64,000 nt of DNA from contig CAZJPR010000003.1 in the NCBI GenBank assembly GCA_964548265.1, positions 279 through 64,278 on the forward strand, read 5' to 3'. The notes beneath the pieces are model-generated. The model was not told the DNA's origin and searched no databases. It was given only the letters and a program-made list of their open reading frames with translations. The translations under genes and the position numbers were made by a program. Origin of the DNA: an uncultured Candidatus Saccharibacteria bacterium (GTDB lineage Bacteria; Patescibacteriota; Minisyncoccia; Phycocordibacterales; Phycocordibacteraceae). Below are positions 45,751-54,021 of the stretch, in pieces (positions within the stretch are counted from its first letter, which is position 1; every line of letters starts with the position of its first letter).

Positions 45751-47097
45751 ATGAATAAGTCAGATCCTCGCGAACTTTGGGAACACGTGTTGTCGCAGGT
45801 CGAACTTTCAATTTCTCCAGCAAACTTTAATACTTGGTTCCGCGAGAGCTCAATTGTGAAGATTGAGGACGGGATTGTCTATATTGGTGTGCCTTCGCAG
45901 TTCTTCCGTGACTGGTACCTGAAGAAATTCCACCCCCTGCTACTTAAAATCATCCGCGGCGTCTCCTATGAGTTTAGAAATATCGAATACATGATTGTGA
46001 AGGACGCTTCTCGTAAGCCCCGGGAACAGAAAAGGAGGGAGCCCTCCATTGAAATGCCGCTTGATGAGTTCTACATCAACAAAAGTGACAACTTAAACCC
46101 GAAATACACCTTCGACACCTTCGTTATCGGTTCGTTCAACGAGCTTGCGTACTCTGCAGCGCAGGCAGTGCTCAATCGTCCGGGCATTACGTACAACCCA
46201 CTCTTTATTTACGGCGACACCGGGCGCGGAAAGACACACCTCATCCAGGCAATAGGGAACCACTACAAGAAACTGTACCCTACAAGGAAAGTGTTCTACC
46301 TAACGTCAGAGCGTTTTGCCGTTGATTACACCGATTCCATCCAGGCGGGGAACGCAAACCGCTTCAAAGAGAAGTATCGCCAGTACGACTTGCTCATCAT
46401 GGACGACGTGCAGTTCCTTTCAAAGAAAGAGAAGACCCAGGAGGAGCTTTTCCATCTCTTCAATGCGCTCCATGACAACAACCGGCAGATTATCTTCTCC
46501 TCAGACCGCTCTCCCCAGGCTATTCCTGATATTGCCGACCGCGTACGTGGCCGCCTCTCAAGTGGTATGACGGTGGATATCGGAGAACCTGACACAGAGA
46601 GCCGTATGGCCATTGTGCGCCGCAAGGCGGCCTCTCACGGCGTCACCCTCGGGGAAGATGTCATTGAGTACGTGGCCACCTCGGTCTCGGGCTCTATCCG
46701 TGAGCTTGAGGGGGTTATAAACAGTGTCGTCTGCCACACCCAGGTGAAGGGTGTTCCCCCAGACCTCGCAGAGGTTAGGCAGTCGCTGAGGGCCTTTTCA
46801 CGGCCTACTAAGACGGTTTCTGTGAAGCATGTGGTCTCTAAGGTGGCTGAGTTCTACGGTATTGATGAAGAGTCTATATATGAGAAGACTCGCCGCAGGG
46901 AGGTGGTGAGGCCGCGCCAGGTCATCATGTACCTACTGCGTGAGGACTTCTCAGTGTCCTACCCAACCATCGGCTCTAAGCTTGGTGGCCGCGACCACAC
47001 CACCGTCATCCACTCGTGTGAGAAGGTGAAGAGGGAGATTGTGGACGACACTGAACTTGCAAAAGAGATTCAGGCTATTCGTGGGCTGTTGGTATAG
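45751..47097 (+). CDS. dnaA: Chromosomal replication initiator protein DnaA
   Basis: AAA+ Walker [11 protein letters not shown]; C-terminal DnaA-box binding domain; ATG at 45751 (track ORF starts GTG 45742). Confidence 0.9.
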   Translation: MNKSDPRELWEHVLSQVELSISPANFNTWFRESSIVKIEDGIVYIGVPSQFFRDWYLKKFHPLLLKIIRGVSYEFRNIEYMIVKDASRKPREQKRREPSIEMPLDEFYINKSDNLNPKYTFDTFVIGSFNELAYSAAQAVLNRPGITYNPLFIYGDTGRGKTHLIQAIGNHYKKLYPTRKVFYLTSERFAVDYTDSIQAGNANRFKEKYRQYDLLIMDDVQFLSKKEKTQEELFHLFNALHDNNRQIIFSSDRSPQAIPDIADRVRGRLSSGMTVDIGEPDTESRMAIVRRKAASHGVTLGEDVIEYVATSVSGSIRELEGVINSVVCHTQVKGVPPDLAEVRQSLRAFSRPTKTVSVKHVVSKVAEFYGIDEESIYEKTRRREVVRPRQVIMYLLREDFSVSYPTIGSKLGGRDHTTVIHSCEKVKREIVDDTELAKEIQAIRGLLV

Positions 47098-47307
47098 TTG
47101 TAGATAAGATATGGATAACTCTCAGATAGTCATGTGGGTAAGAGGAGGAAGGACACGTGTTCGTGTCGTTCGTCGAAAAAACTCCCGCGTCGTATCCCAG
47201 TGTGGTTCGACGTTCTCCACACCTTCTCAGTCTATCGATTGCAGTAACGCGTCGTACTTACTCACTGACTATAGTTTCCCCCGTATCAACAGGACTAATA
47301 AGAGGGT
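47098..47307. promoter_or_regulatory. Candidate oriC: dnaA-dnaN intergenic region with DnaA-box-like 9-mers
   Basis: TTATCCATA (revcomp of tatggataa), TTCTCCACA, TATCCCAGT; also TGTCCACA upstream of dnaA at about 45660; strong SD AAGAGGG before dnaN. Confidence 0.5.
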
Positions 47308-48408
47308 ATGGTAATTATTTTACAAAAAAAAGAATTCGCAGAAGTGGTGGGGATGGTATCTCGGTTTGCTGATCGACGTTCAGCAACGGTTCCTGCGCTT
47401 TCTGGAATCGCTATTGTTGCGGGGGATGATGGAATTAAAGTTCGTGCCACCAATCTTGAGACGGGAGTTGATATTCACATTGAAGGAACGATCAAGAACC
47501 AAGGTGCGATTGTTCTTCCGTCGACCATCCTTCGTGAGATTTCTTCCTCTTTCTCTGGAGAAGGTCAGGTGACCATTGAACACAGTGGGGATACTGCGGT
47601 CATAAGCTTTGGTTCCGCTAAGAGCACCATGAAGACACTTCCGTTTGAGGACTTCCCAACTCTTCCGCTTCCGGAGAATCCTAAGACAACGTTTACTATT
47701 GCTGGAGCAGCACTGAAGGCGCTTATTGGTACCGTCGCTCCTTGCGCATCCACCTCAACCATTCGTCCTGAGCTTGCATCTGTTCTTCTTTCTTCTGAAG
47801 GAGGAGTAGTGAAGGCGGTTGCAACTGATTCTTTCCGTCTTGCAGAGAAGAAGATGTCAGTGAAAGGGAAGATTGGGAACTTCTCCATACTTATTCCTGC
47901 AAAGAACGCGCTCGACCTTGCACAGACGATTCCTGATGATGAGGTTGAGGTCCGTGTGGGCGAGCACCAGTGTGCAGTCCTGTGGGCAAAGAGCACGATT
48001 ACAACGCGCCTCGTGTCGGCTGCGTATCCTGACTACACACAGATTATTCCTAAGTCCTTCTCGGTAGAGGCAACACTTCTCCGTAAGGACTTTGAGGGGG
48101 CACTTCGCCGCACCGCAGTCTTCTCTGACTCCTTCCAGAAGGTTCGTCTCAGCTTTGATGTCTCAGGCAAGAAACTGGCCCTTTCGGCACACAATGCGGA
48201 CGTAGGCGAGTCTGTAGAGCCTCTGACCGCGGCAATGTCTGGCGAGTCTCTTGAGCTTTCCTTCAACCACCGCTACCTACACACCCCACTACCTCTTATT
48301 ACCGCTGAGAGCATTACCCTGTCCGCGGGGGGCATAGGTAGGCCGCTAATCATCAAGGGGGTGGGGGATACGGGCTTCTTGTATTTGGTGATGCCGATGA
48401 ATCAGTAA
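47308..48408 (+). CDS. dnaN: DNA polymerase III beta sliding clamp
   Basis: Three-domain beta-clamp, 366 aa; position downstream of dnaA. Confidence 0.85.
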   Translation: MVIILQKKEFAEVVGMVSRFADRRSATVPALSGIAIVAGDDGIKVRATNLETGVDIHIEGTIKNQGAIVLPSTILREISSSFSGEGQVTIEHSGDTAVISFGSAKSTMKTLPFEDFPTLPLPENPKTTFTIAGAALKALIGTVAPCASTSTIRPELASVLLSSEGGVVKAVATDSFRLAEKKMSVKGKIGNFSILIPAKNALDLAQTIPDDEVEVRVGEHQCAVLWAKSTITTRLVSAAYPDYTQIIPKSFSVEATLLRKDFEGALRRTAVFSDSFQKVRLSFDVSGKKLALSAHNADVGESVEPLTAAMSGESLELSFNHRYLHTPLPLITAESITLSAGGIGRPLIIKGVGDTGFLYLVMPMNQ

Positions 48409-48415
48409 GAACCGC

Positions 48416-49429
48416 ATGAGCCTTTCCGAACAATTTAAGATTTTTTCGGAAAGGTACCCGAAAGAAAGCACGGAGCCGTTTCGCGCTACAGACACTTCGC
48501 AAATAATTACACGCACACTCCCTGGAATCTTACGAGAACGGCTGCAACTCGGGGAAAAGTACAGAATCTACGGGTCAACGGGTCGCGGTCGGTGGGCAGA
48601 AATTCCTTGGGTCGCTATTCTTGACAAGGAAATTACTAAAAGCACAGAGGATGGGTATTACGTCGTAATTCTTTTTGATAAAGAAATAAAGAATATCTAC
48701 CTGAGCCTTGCCGTCGGATGGCATCAGTTTGAGTGGGAGTATGGAATTAGGGACTCGCGAGCGAAAATTCAAGACGCTTGTAAATATTACGCTCACGTAC
48801 TCACTACAAAACTCGAAGGATTTAAGGAGGGAACAATTACACTTGGCGCAGAAAATATTCTCGGAAAAGGATACGAAATGGGGTGTGTGTTCTCTAAGGA
48901 ATATTCCATTTCTGATATTGAGGAGCCCGTCCTCTTAAATGACATCCAACACGTCCTGTCCTCCTATCAAGAGCTGAAAGATATTGTCGGCAACAGTATT
49001 CTTAATCTTGAAATTGATTCAGTGTCAAGTTCGGATGAGCGAGTGCGTACGTTCAAAAAGAGAATTGCAGAAAAGACGCTTACCGACGACAAGCTCGCCG
49101 CACTCGCACAACTGGTGCAAGAAGCAAATGCCGCCCCGCCGCCAATACGCACAGTCTTAAAGAAGGAAATTGTAAGAAATAAAACATTTGCTGCTGTTGT
49201 TAAGCAGCGCGAGGATTTTATATGTGAAGTCTGCAAAAGACTCCCTTTCATGCAAAGAAACGGAGCCCCGTATGCCGAGGCGGACCACATCATTCCACTT
49301 GGCGGAACGGAAAGAGGGAAAGACAGCCCAGACAATATGCGCTGTTTATGCGCCCAGTGCCACGCCATTCTTACGCACGGTTCCCCCAAAGAAATTGAGC
49401 AACTGTTAAATCGGACTACTGCCCCGTAA
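48416..49429 (+). CDS. MrcB_N (DUF3578)-HNH fusion: putative modification-dependent (Type IV) restriction endonuclease
   Basis: N-domain YRIYGSTGRGRWAEIPWVAILDK...YYVVILFDKEIKNIYLSLAVGW (DUF3578/MrcB-N signature); C-terminal HNH CEVCKRL...EADHIIPLGGTERGKDSPDNMRCLCAQCHAILTHG; low GC by eye. Confidence 0.6.
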   Translation: MSLSEQFKIFSERYPKESTEPFRATDTSQIITRTLPGILRERLQLGEKYRIYGSTGRGRWAEIPWVAILDKEITKSTEDGYYVVILFDKEIKNIYLSLAVGWHQFEWEYGIRDSRAKIQDACKYYAHVLTTKLEGFKEGTITLGAENILGKGYEMGCVFSKEYSISDIEEPVLLNDIQHVLSSYQELKDIVGNSILNLEIDSVSSSDERVRTFKKRIAEKTLTDDKLAALAQLVQEANAAPPPIRTVLKKEIVRNKTFAAVVKQREDFICEVCKRLPFMQRNGAPYAEADHIIPLGGTERGKDSPDNMRCLCAQCHAILTHGSPKEIEQLLNRTTAP

Positions 49430-51491
49430 ACCCACTCGCATTCAACGCCTGAATCGGATACTCCCAGTGCGCGTTCTGTGCATCGCGTCGTGAAGTTCCT
49501 CCACCCAACGGATTATCCTTATCTACCCAGTAGAGAATGTCGTGCACGCCGTCTTCTCCGGTGTATACACCACGCAGCGCAGGAGGGGCGTTCTCTGGAA
49601 TACCGCGCGGCTCACCAAAGAATTCTTTCGGACGCTTAGGAAGAGCGACATCCATGAACGCCCTCCACATAGGTGCGACCACGTAGCCTGCGGTCTCATG
49701 CACCATCGGGGTGTTGTCGTTGTTACCGGCCCAGACACCAACGGCAATTGAAGGTGTGTAGCCGACAGTCCATGTATCACGGTATTCGTTCGTGGTTCCG
49801 GTTTTCGCTGCAACCTCGTAGTCCGGGATGTTGAACGGGTTGTCCGGACGGTACGAAGGAATACGCGCCTGGTTGTTGGAAAGCATTGAGGAGATGTCAC
49901 GAGCGACCCCCGGATCAAGCACCGGTTCTGGATGCGCTTCGTATTCTTCAAGCACGGTGCCCTTCATGTCAGTGACCTTAAGGACGGCCACAGGAGGCAC
50001 GCGTACTCCATCGTTGGCGAAGACGCCGAAGGCGCTTGTAAGCTCGAGGAGCTTCACTTCTCCGGCTCCAAGGGCGAGCGAGAGGCCGTACTGATCGGCG
50101 TTGGTAAGGGTGCTGATACCCATCTGGCTTGCCAGCGCGATGACATTGTTGATTCCAGCCAGGTACATCGTCTTCACGGCCGGGATGTTAATGGACTGCG
50201 CGAGCGCTGTCGTGAACGTCATAGGGCCCCGGAACTTGTCATCGAAGTTTCCTGGAGCGTAGCAGGGGTACGCGGCATTGTAATTGTCTGCAGGACTGCA
50301 GGAGGTAGAGAACTGGGTAGGAAGGTCGAAGACAATGGTCTGCGGCGTGAAGCCCTTCAACAGCGCGGCTGCGTACACGAATGGTTTAAAGGAAGAGCCC
50401 GGCTGACGATTTGCGGTCACCGAGTTGTAGCTACCATCGATTTCCTCGTTGAAGTAATCGCGTGAGCCCACCATGGAAAGAATCTCCCCGGTCTTAGGGT
50501 CAATGGCCACAAGGGCGGCGTTGTTGGCATTGAATTTCTCGACGTTTGCCGCTCCGTATTCAGAGACGATGGTCTCCGCCTCGTGCTGAAGCTCAGCATC
50601 AATAGACGTGATGACCGTAAGTCCTTCCTCAACAACCTCTGGCCCATACTTCTCCTCGAGGTATTCGCGCACATAGAAGACAAAGTGTGGCGCAATAATA
50701 GAGGAGTTCGGCTGTGCGCTGAAGGTGACGACCTCGGCCTTTGCTGCTTCGTACTGCTCCTGATTAAGGAATCCAACCTTCTTCATGCGCTCGAGCACCA
50801 AATTCTTGCGTGCATCAAGCTCCTCACGATTGTTGCCGTACGGAGAATAGCGAGTGGGGGACTGCGGGAGAGCGGCCAAGTAGGCGGCCTCTCCAATGGT
50901 TACGTCCTTGGCAGACTTCCCAAAGAAGGCGCGCGAAGCGGCCTCAGCACCATATAAGGTGCCGCCGTACGGGGTGTTATTCAAATACAACTCGAGAATC
51001 TCATCCTTAGTGAAGCGCTGTTCGAGCTTCAGTGCGAGCACCCACTCGTGCACTTTGCGGATGATTGTTTTGTCTCCGGTCAAAAGCGTCATCTTCACCA
51101 CCTGCTGGGTGATGGTCGAGCCTCCTTGGCTAAAGGATCCGGTCGTAAGGTTTACCAACACTGCGCGCAGGAAAGAAATAGGGCGCACCCCCATGTGCTG
51201 GTAGAACGTGTCGTCTTCAATCGCAATAGATGCATTGCGGATGTTCTCGGAGATTGCTGAGAGCGGCACGATGTTGCGACGCACGTCAGTGTTGAGGTCG
51301 TAGAGAATGGTGTCGCCGGTGCGGTCGTAAATCTTGGTCGACTGCGTCACTTTGCGGTAGGAAAGGGAATCGAGGTCAGGCACCGGAGTAAGGGCCATGA
51401 GGATGAGGCCTGCCCCTGCAATACAGAAAAGGATGCCGGCGAAGACGAAAAGCCTGCGAGTGATGGGATGGGCGCGCTTCTTACGAGGCAT
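49416..51491 (-). CDS. mrcA: Class A penicillin-binding protein (transglycosylase + transpeptidase)
   Basis: N-terminal TM, GT51 motifs (EDDTFYQHMG), transpeptidase motifs SSFK, KTG. Confidence 0.85.
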   Translation of the reverse strand: MPRKKRAHPITRRLFVFAGILFCIAGAGLILMALTPVPDLDSLSYRKVTQSTKIYDRTGDTILYDLNTDVRRNIVPLSAISENIRNASIAIEDDTFYQHMGVRPISFLRAVLVNLTTGSFSQGGSTITQQVVKMTLLTGDKTIIRKVHEWVLALKLEQRFTKDEILELYLNNTPYGGTLYGAEAASRAFFGKSAKDVTIGEAAYLAALPQSPTRYSPYGNNREELDARKNLVLERMKKVGFLNQEQYEAAKAEVVTFSAQPNSSIIAPHFVFYVREYLEEKYGPEVVEEGLTVITSIDAELQHEAETIVSEYGAANVEKFNANNAALVAIDPKTGEILSMVGSRDYFNEEIDGSYNSVTANRQPGSSFKPFVYAAALLKGFTPQTIVFDLPTQFSTSCSPADNYNAAYPCYAPGNFDDKFRGPMTFTTALAQSINIPAVKTMYLAGINNVIALASQMGISTLTNADQYGLSLALGAGEVKLLELTSAFGVFANDGVRVPPVAVLKVTDMKGTVLEEYEAHPEPVLDPGVARDISSMLSNNQARIPSYRPDNPFNIPDYEVAAKTGTTNEYRDTWTVGYTPSIAVGVWAGNNDNTPMVHETAGYVVAPMWRAFMDVALPKRPKEFFGEPRGIPENAPPALRGVYTGEDGVHDILYWVDKDNPLGGGTSRRDAQNAHWEYPIQALNASGFTGQ

Positions 51492-51550
51492 TGGGAGAAT
51501 GCTATCACAAAAAGCAAAAGGCCCGCGCGGGGCGGGCCTTTGTGAGAGCC

Positions 51551-51670
51551 TTAGTAGGCGTCCTTTTCTTCTTCGAGTTCGTCGTCTGCCGTTTCCTCGG
51601 AGTCCTCGTCTTCATCCATGTCGTCATCGAGGTCGAGAACGTCATCATCTTTCATTGCATCGTCGTCCAT
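51551..51670 (-). CDS. Small poly-acidic ORF (39 aa), speculative
   Basis: ATG 51670..TAA 51551 encodes MDDDAMKDDDVLDLDDDMDEDEDSEETADDELEEEKDAY; below the track size cutoff; followed on the minus strand by hairpin GGCCCGCCCC/GCGGGCC. Confidence 0.25.
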   Translation of the reverse strand: MDDDAMKDDDVLDLDDDMDEDEDSEETADDELEEEKDAY

Positions 51671-51757
51671 GTGCAAAAGTTACTGTTTCAAGCCTCCGCG
51701 AGCCGGGAGTGCCTCTATTTGACCAGACTTCCGCTCCTTTGCAACGGGGGACAACCT

Positions 51758-52231
51758 CTACTGGGGAAAACCGGTCGAAAGGGCCGTTATGCCTATGGCG
51801 ATGGCATCGAGCTCATCGTCCAGTCGCTTCTTGGGAGGGAGGGCTATAAGGAGGGGCAGCATCTTAGCGATGGCCGTCTTATCCGCCGCGCCGTTTCCGG
51901 TAACGGCCAGCTTTATGGTCCCAGGAGCGAACTCCTGCACCGGGACCCCGGTTCTACCAATGGCCGCAAGCACCGCTCCGCGTGCTTCAGCTACCCCCAT
52001 GGCGCTCGATTTGTTCACGCTGAAGAAAAGCTTCTCAATCGCGAGCATGTCTGGCTGATATTTGGCGAGCGCGTCTTCCACCGCCATGCGAACCTCAGAG
52101 AGACGGTCCTGGTGCGCTCCCTTGGCAGGAATCAAACAATCACTCCACACAAGCACCGGCTTGTTGCCCGTTCCTTCGACGACAGCGATGCCAAGGCGAT
52201 CGTAGCCCGGGTCAATCGCCAGTATTCTCAT
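51758..52231 (-). CDS. ruvC: Holliday junction resolvase RuvC
   Basis: MRILAIDPGYDRLGIAV..., catalytic Asp/Glu; ATG at 52231. Confidence 0.85.
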   Translation of the reverse strand: MRILAIDPGYDRLGIAVVEGTGNKPVLVWSDCLIPAKGAHQDRLSEVRMAVEDALAKYQPDMLAIEKLFFSVNKSSAMGVAEARGAVLAAIGRTGVPVQEFAPGTIKLAVTGNGAADKTAIAKMLPLLIALPPKKRLDDELDAIAIGITALSTGFPQ

Positions 52232-52769
52232 AGCCCTCGGCGTTAGTGAATACTTCTTGCACGTCCTCCTGCTCATCAAGAATAGTGAGAATCTCCTCGA
52301 GCTTACTTTCGTCTTCTGCGGCGACAGGCATCTTTGGTTCGTTCGCTGAATAACGACCATCAGGACTCTTGGTAAATGCCCACGACGCACTTCCCGGAGC
52401 ACCAAGCTCGTAGCCGTTCTTGGAGAGCAGGTGCTTTATCTCCTGCGTCGTGCGGTTCTTGCTGTCGGTAACCGCGCTCGCAATGATGGCGATACCGCCA
52501 GGGCCATAGAACTCGTACGCGACCTGTTCAAGGTCTCCAGAATCTTTTGATGCTCCCTTGGTAACTGCGCGGTCGATGTTGTCCTTAGGCATGTTGGCCG
52601 CCTTAGCTCGCGTGATGACTGCCGCGAGGCCCGGAGAGGAAACGTTCCCCCCTGCTTTCTTCGACTCAAGTGCGAGCTCGCGCGCAAAGCGAGAAAAGAC
52701 GCGGGAACGAGCAGCGTCCGTTACCCCCTTCTGGCGCTTTATCTGGGACCATTTGGAGTGTCCTGACAT
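52212..52769 (-). CDS. yebC: YebC/PmpR-family transcriptional regulator (short)
   Basis: MSGHSKWSQIKRQKG N-terminus; yebC-ruvC synteny; shorter than the typical ~240 aa. Confidence 0.75.
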   Translation of the reverse strand: MSGHSKWSQIKRQKGVTDAARSRVFSRFARELALESKKAGGNVSSPGLAAVITRAKAANMPKDNIDRAVTKGASKDSGDLEQVAYEFYGPGGIAIIASAVTDSKNRTTQEIKHLLSKNGYELGAPGSASWAFTKSPDGRYSANEPKMPVAAEDESKLEEILTILDEQEDVQEVFTNAEGYENTGD

Positions 52770-52770
52770 A

Positions 52771-53766
52771 TTAGTTTGTCTCTAGGTATGCTCGCCCCTT
52801 CTCAGTAAGTACGCGCCCGCGCGAAGACCGCTCAACAAACCCAAGGCGCAATAGAAACGGCTCATACACATTCTCAAGCGTATCGGGATCTTCGTGGAGC
52901 GCAGAGGCGAGCGCACGTATGCCGGCAGGACCTCCCTTGAATCCTTTCTCAAGCGTTTCTAGGTAGCGGCGATCATCCTTGGTAAGACCCAGCGTATCAA
53001 TGCCGAACATCTGGCAGGCGAGGTCGCAGACTTCGGTGGTGATGTCTTTCTCCGCTACTTCTGCATAATCACGCACGCGCTTGAGGAGTGCGTTGGCAAC
53101 ACGCGGTGTGGCACGGCTGCGTCCCGCAATCTGCTCAATCACATTGTCAGGTGCCTTGAGACCGAGCATGCGAATAGAGCGCTTCACAATGGAACGAAGG
53201 TCTTCGTCAGAATAGAAGTCGAGCTGGTACACGCCACCACCGAAACGGGAACGCAGCGGACCTGAAATGTGTGAGACCTTGGTCGTCGCACCAACGAGCG
53301 TGAAGCGGGGAAGAGACAACTCAACCGTGCGAGCTGAAGGCCCCTTTCCAAGTACGATATCGAGCGTGCCAGACTCAAGCGCAGGATATAAAAGCTCCTC
53401 AACCTTGCTTCCGAGTTGGTGAATCTCATCTATAAAGAGGATGGAGTTCGGCTCGAGGTTCGTAAGAATTGCGGCGAGATCTCCTGCGCGCTCAATGGCG
53501 ACACCAGAGGTGCTTCGAATCGGGCGTTCAAGCGTCGCTGCCACAAGGTGAGCGAGTGTCGTCTTACCAACTCCGGGCGGGCCGTAGAACAGAAGGTGCT
53601 CGGGCATGTCGCCGCGCTTCTTTGCTGCTTCAAGCACCACTTTTACGTTGGCTTTGACGTGCCCCTGGCCCACATATTCGTCCCAAATGGTGGGCCGTAG
53701 CGCCGCATCAAGTGCTTGGTCGCGTGGGACCGCCTCTTTCTGCGGTTCTAGGGGGGTACTTGACAT
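52771..53766 (-). CDS. ruvB: Holliday junction branch-migration helicase RuvB
   Basis: Walker A GPPGVGKTTLA, sensor motifs; ATG at 53766 (MSSTPLEPQ). Confidence 0.9.
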   Translation of the reverse strand: MSSTPLEPQKEAVPRDQALDAALRPTIWDEYVGQGHVKANVKVVLEAAKKRGDMPEHLLFYGPPGVGKTTLAHLVAATLERPIRSTSGVAIERAGDLAAILTNLEPNSILFIDEIHQLGSKVEELLYPALESGTLDIVLGKGPSARTVELSLPRFTLVGATTKVSHISGPLRSRFGGGVYQLDFYSDEDLRSIVKRSIRMLGLKAPDNVIEQIAGRSRATPRVANALLKRVRDYAEVAEKDITTEVCDLACQMFGIDTLGLTKDDRRYLETLEKGFKGGPAGIRALASALHEDPDTLENVYEPFLLRLGFVERSSRGRVLTEKGRAYLETN

Positions 53767-53790
53767 AAAAACAGGGTATGCTAGTATCCC

Positions 53791-53796
53791 ATTATA
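53791..53796 (-). promoter_or_regulatory. Perfect -10 hexamer (TATAAT on minus strand) about 25 nt upstream of ruvB start
   Basis: Read on the minus strand: ...ctgaggTATAATgggatactagcataccctgtttttATG. Confidence 0.35.
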
Positions 53797-54021
53797 CCTC
53801 AGTTCGGAGAGGTAGCGGAACCTTCGGGTTCTTTTTCTTTGCAAAAATCGTGCGCATCACCCTCTAGGCAAAGGTCTGACGGCTTAGGGCGACTCCCCAA
53901 GGATCATTTGGTTCCGCGTTCGCGCGGCTCGACTGAATGTCTCCTCAGGCGTTTCGTTCAGCCTGGAGGGTAATGCGTGTGATTTCCGTACAACGCGCCT
54001 TTCTAGAGGGCGCGTTTTTGT

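Noticed and set aside
51491-52246. 251-aa plus-strand ORF
   Set aside because: Antisense to ruvC/yebC, which have clear family motifs and conserved operon order.
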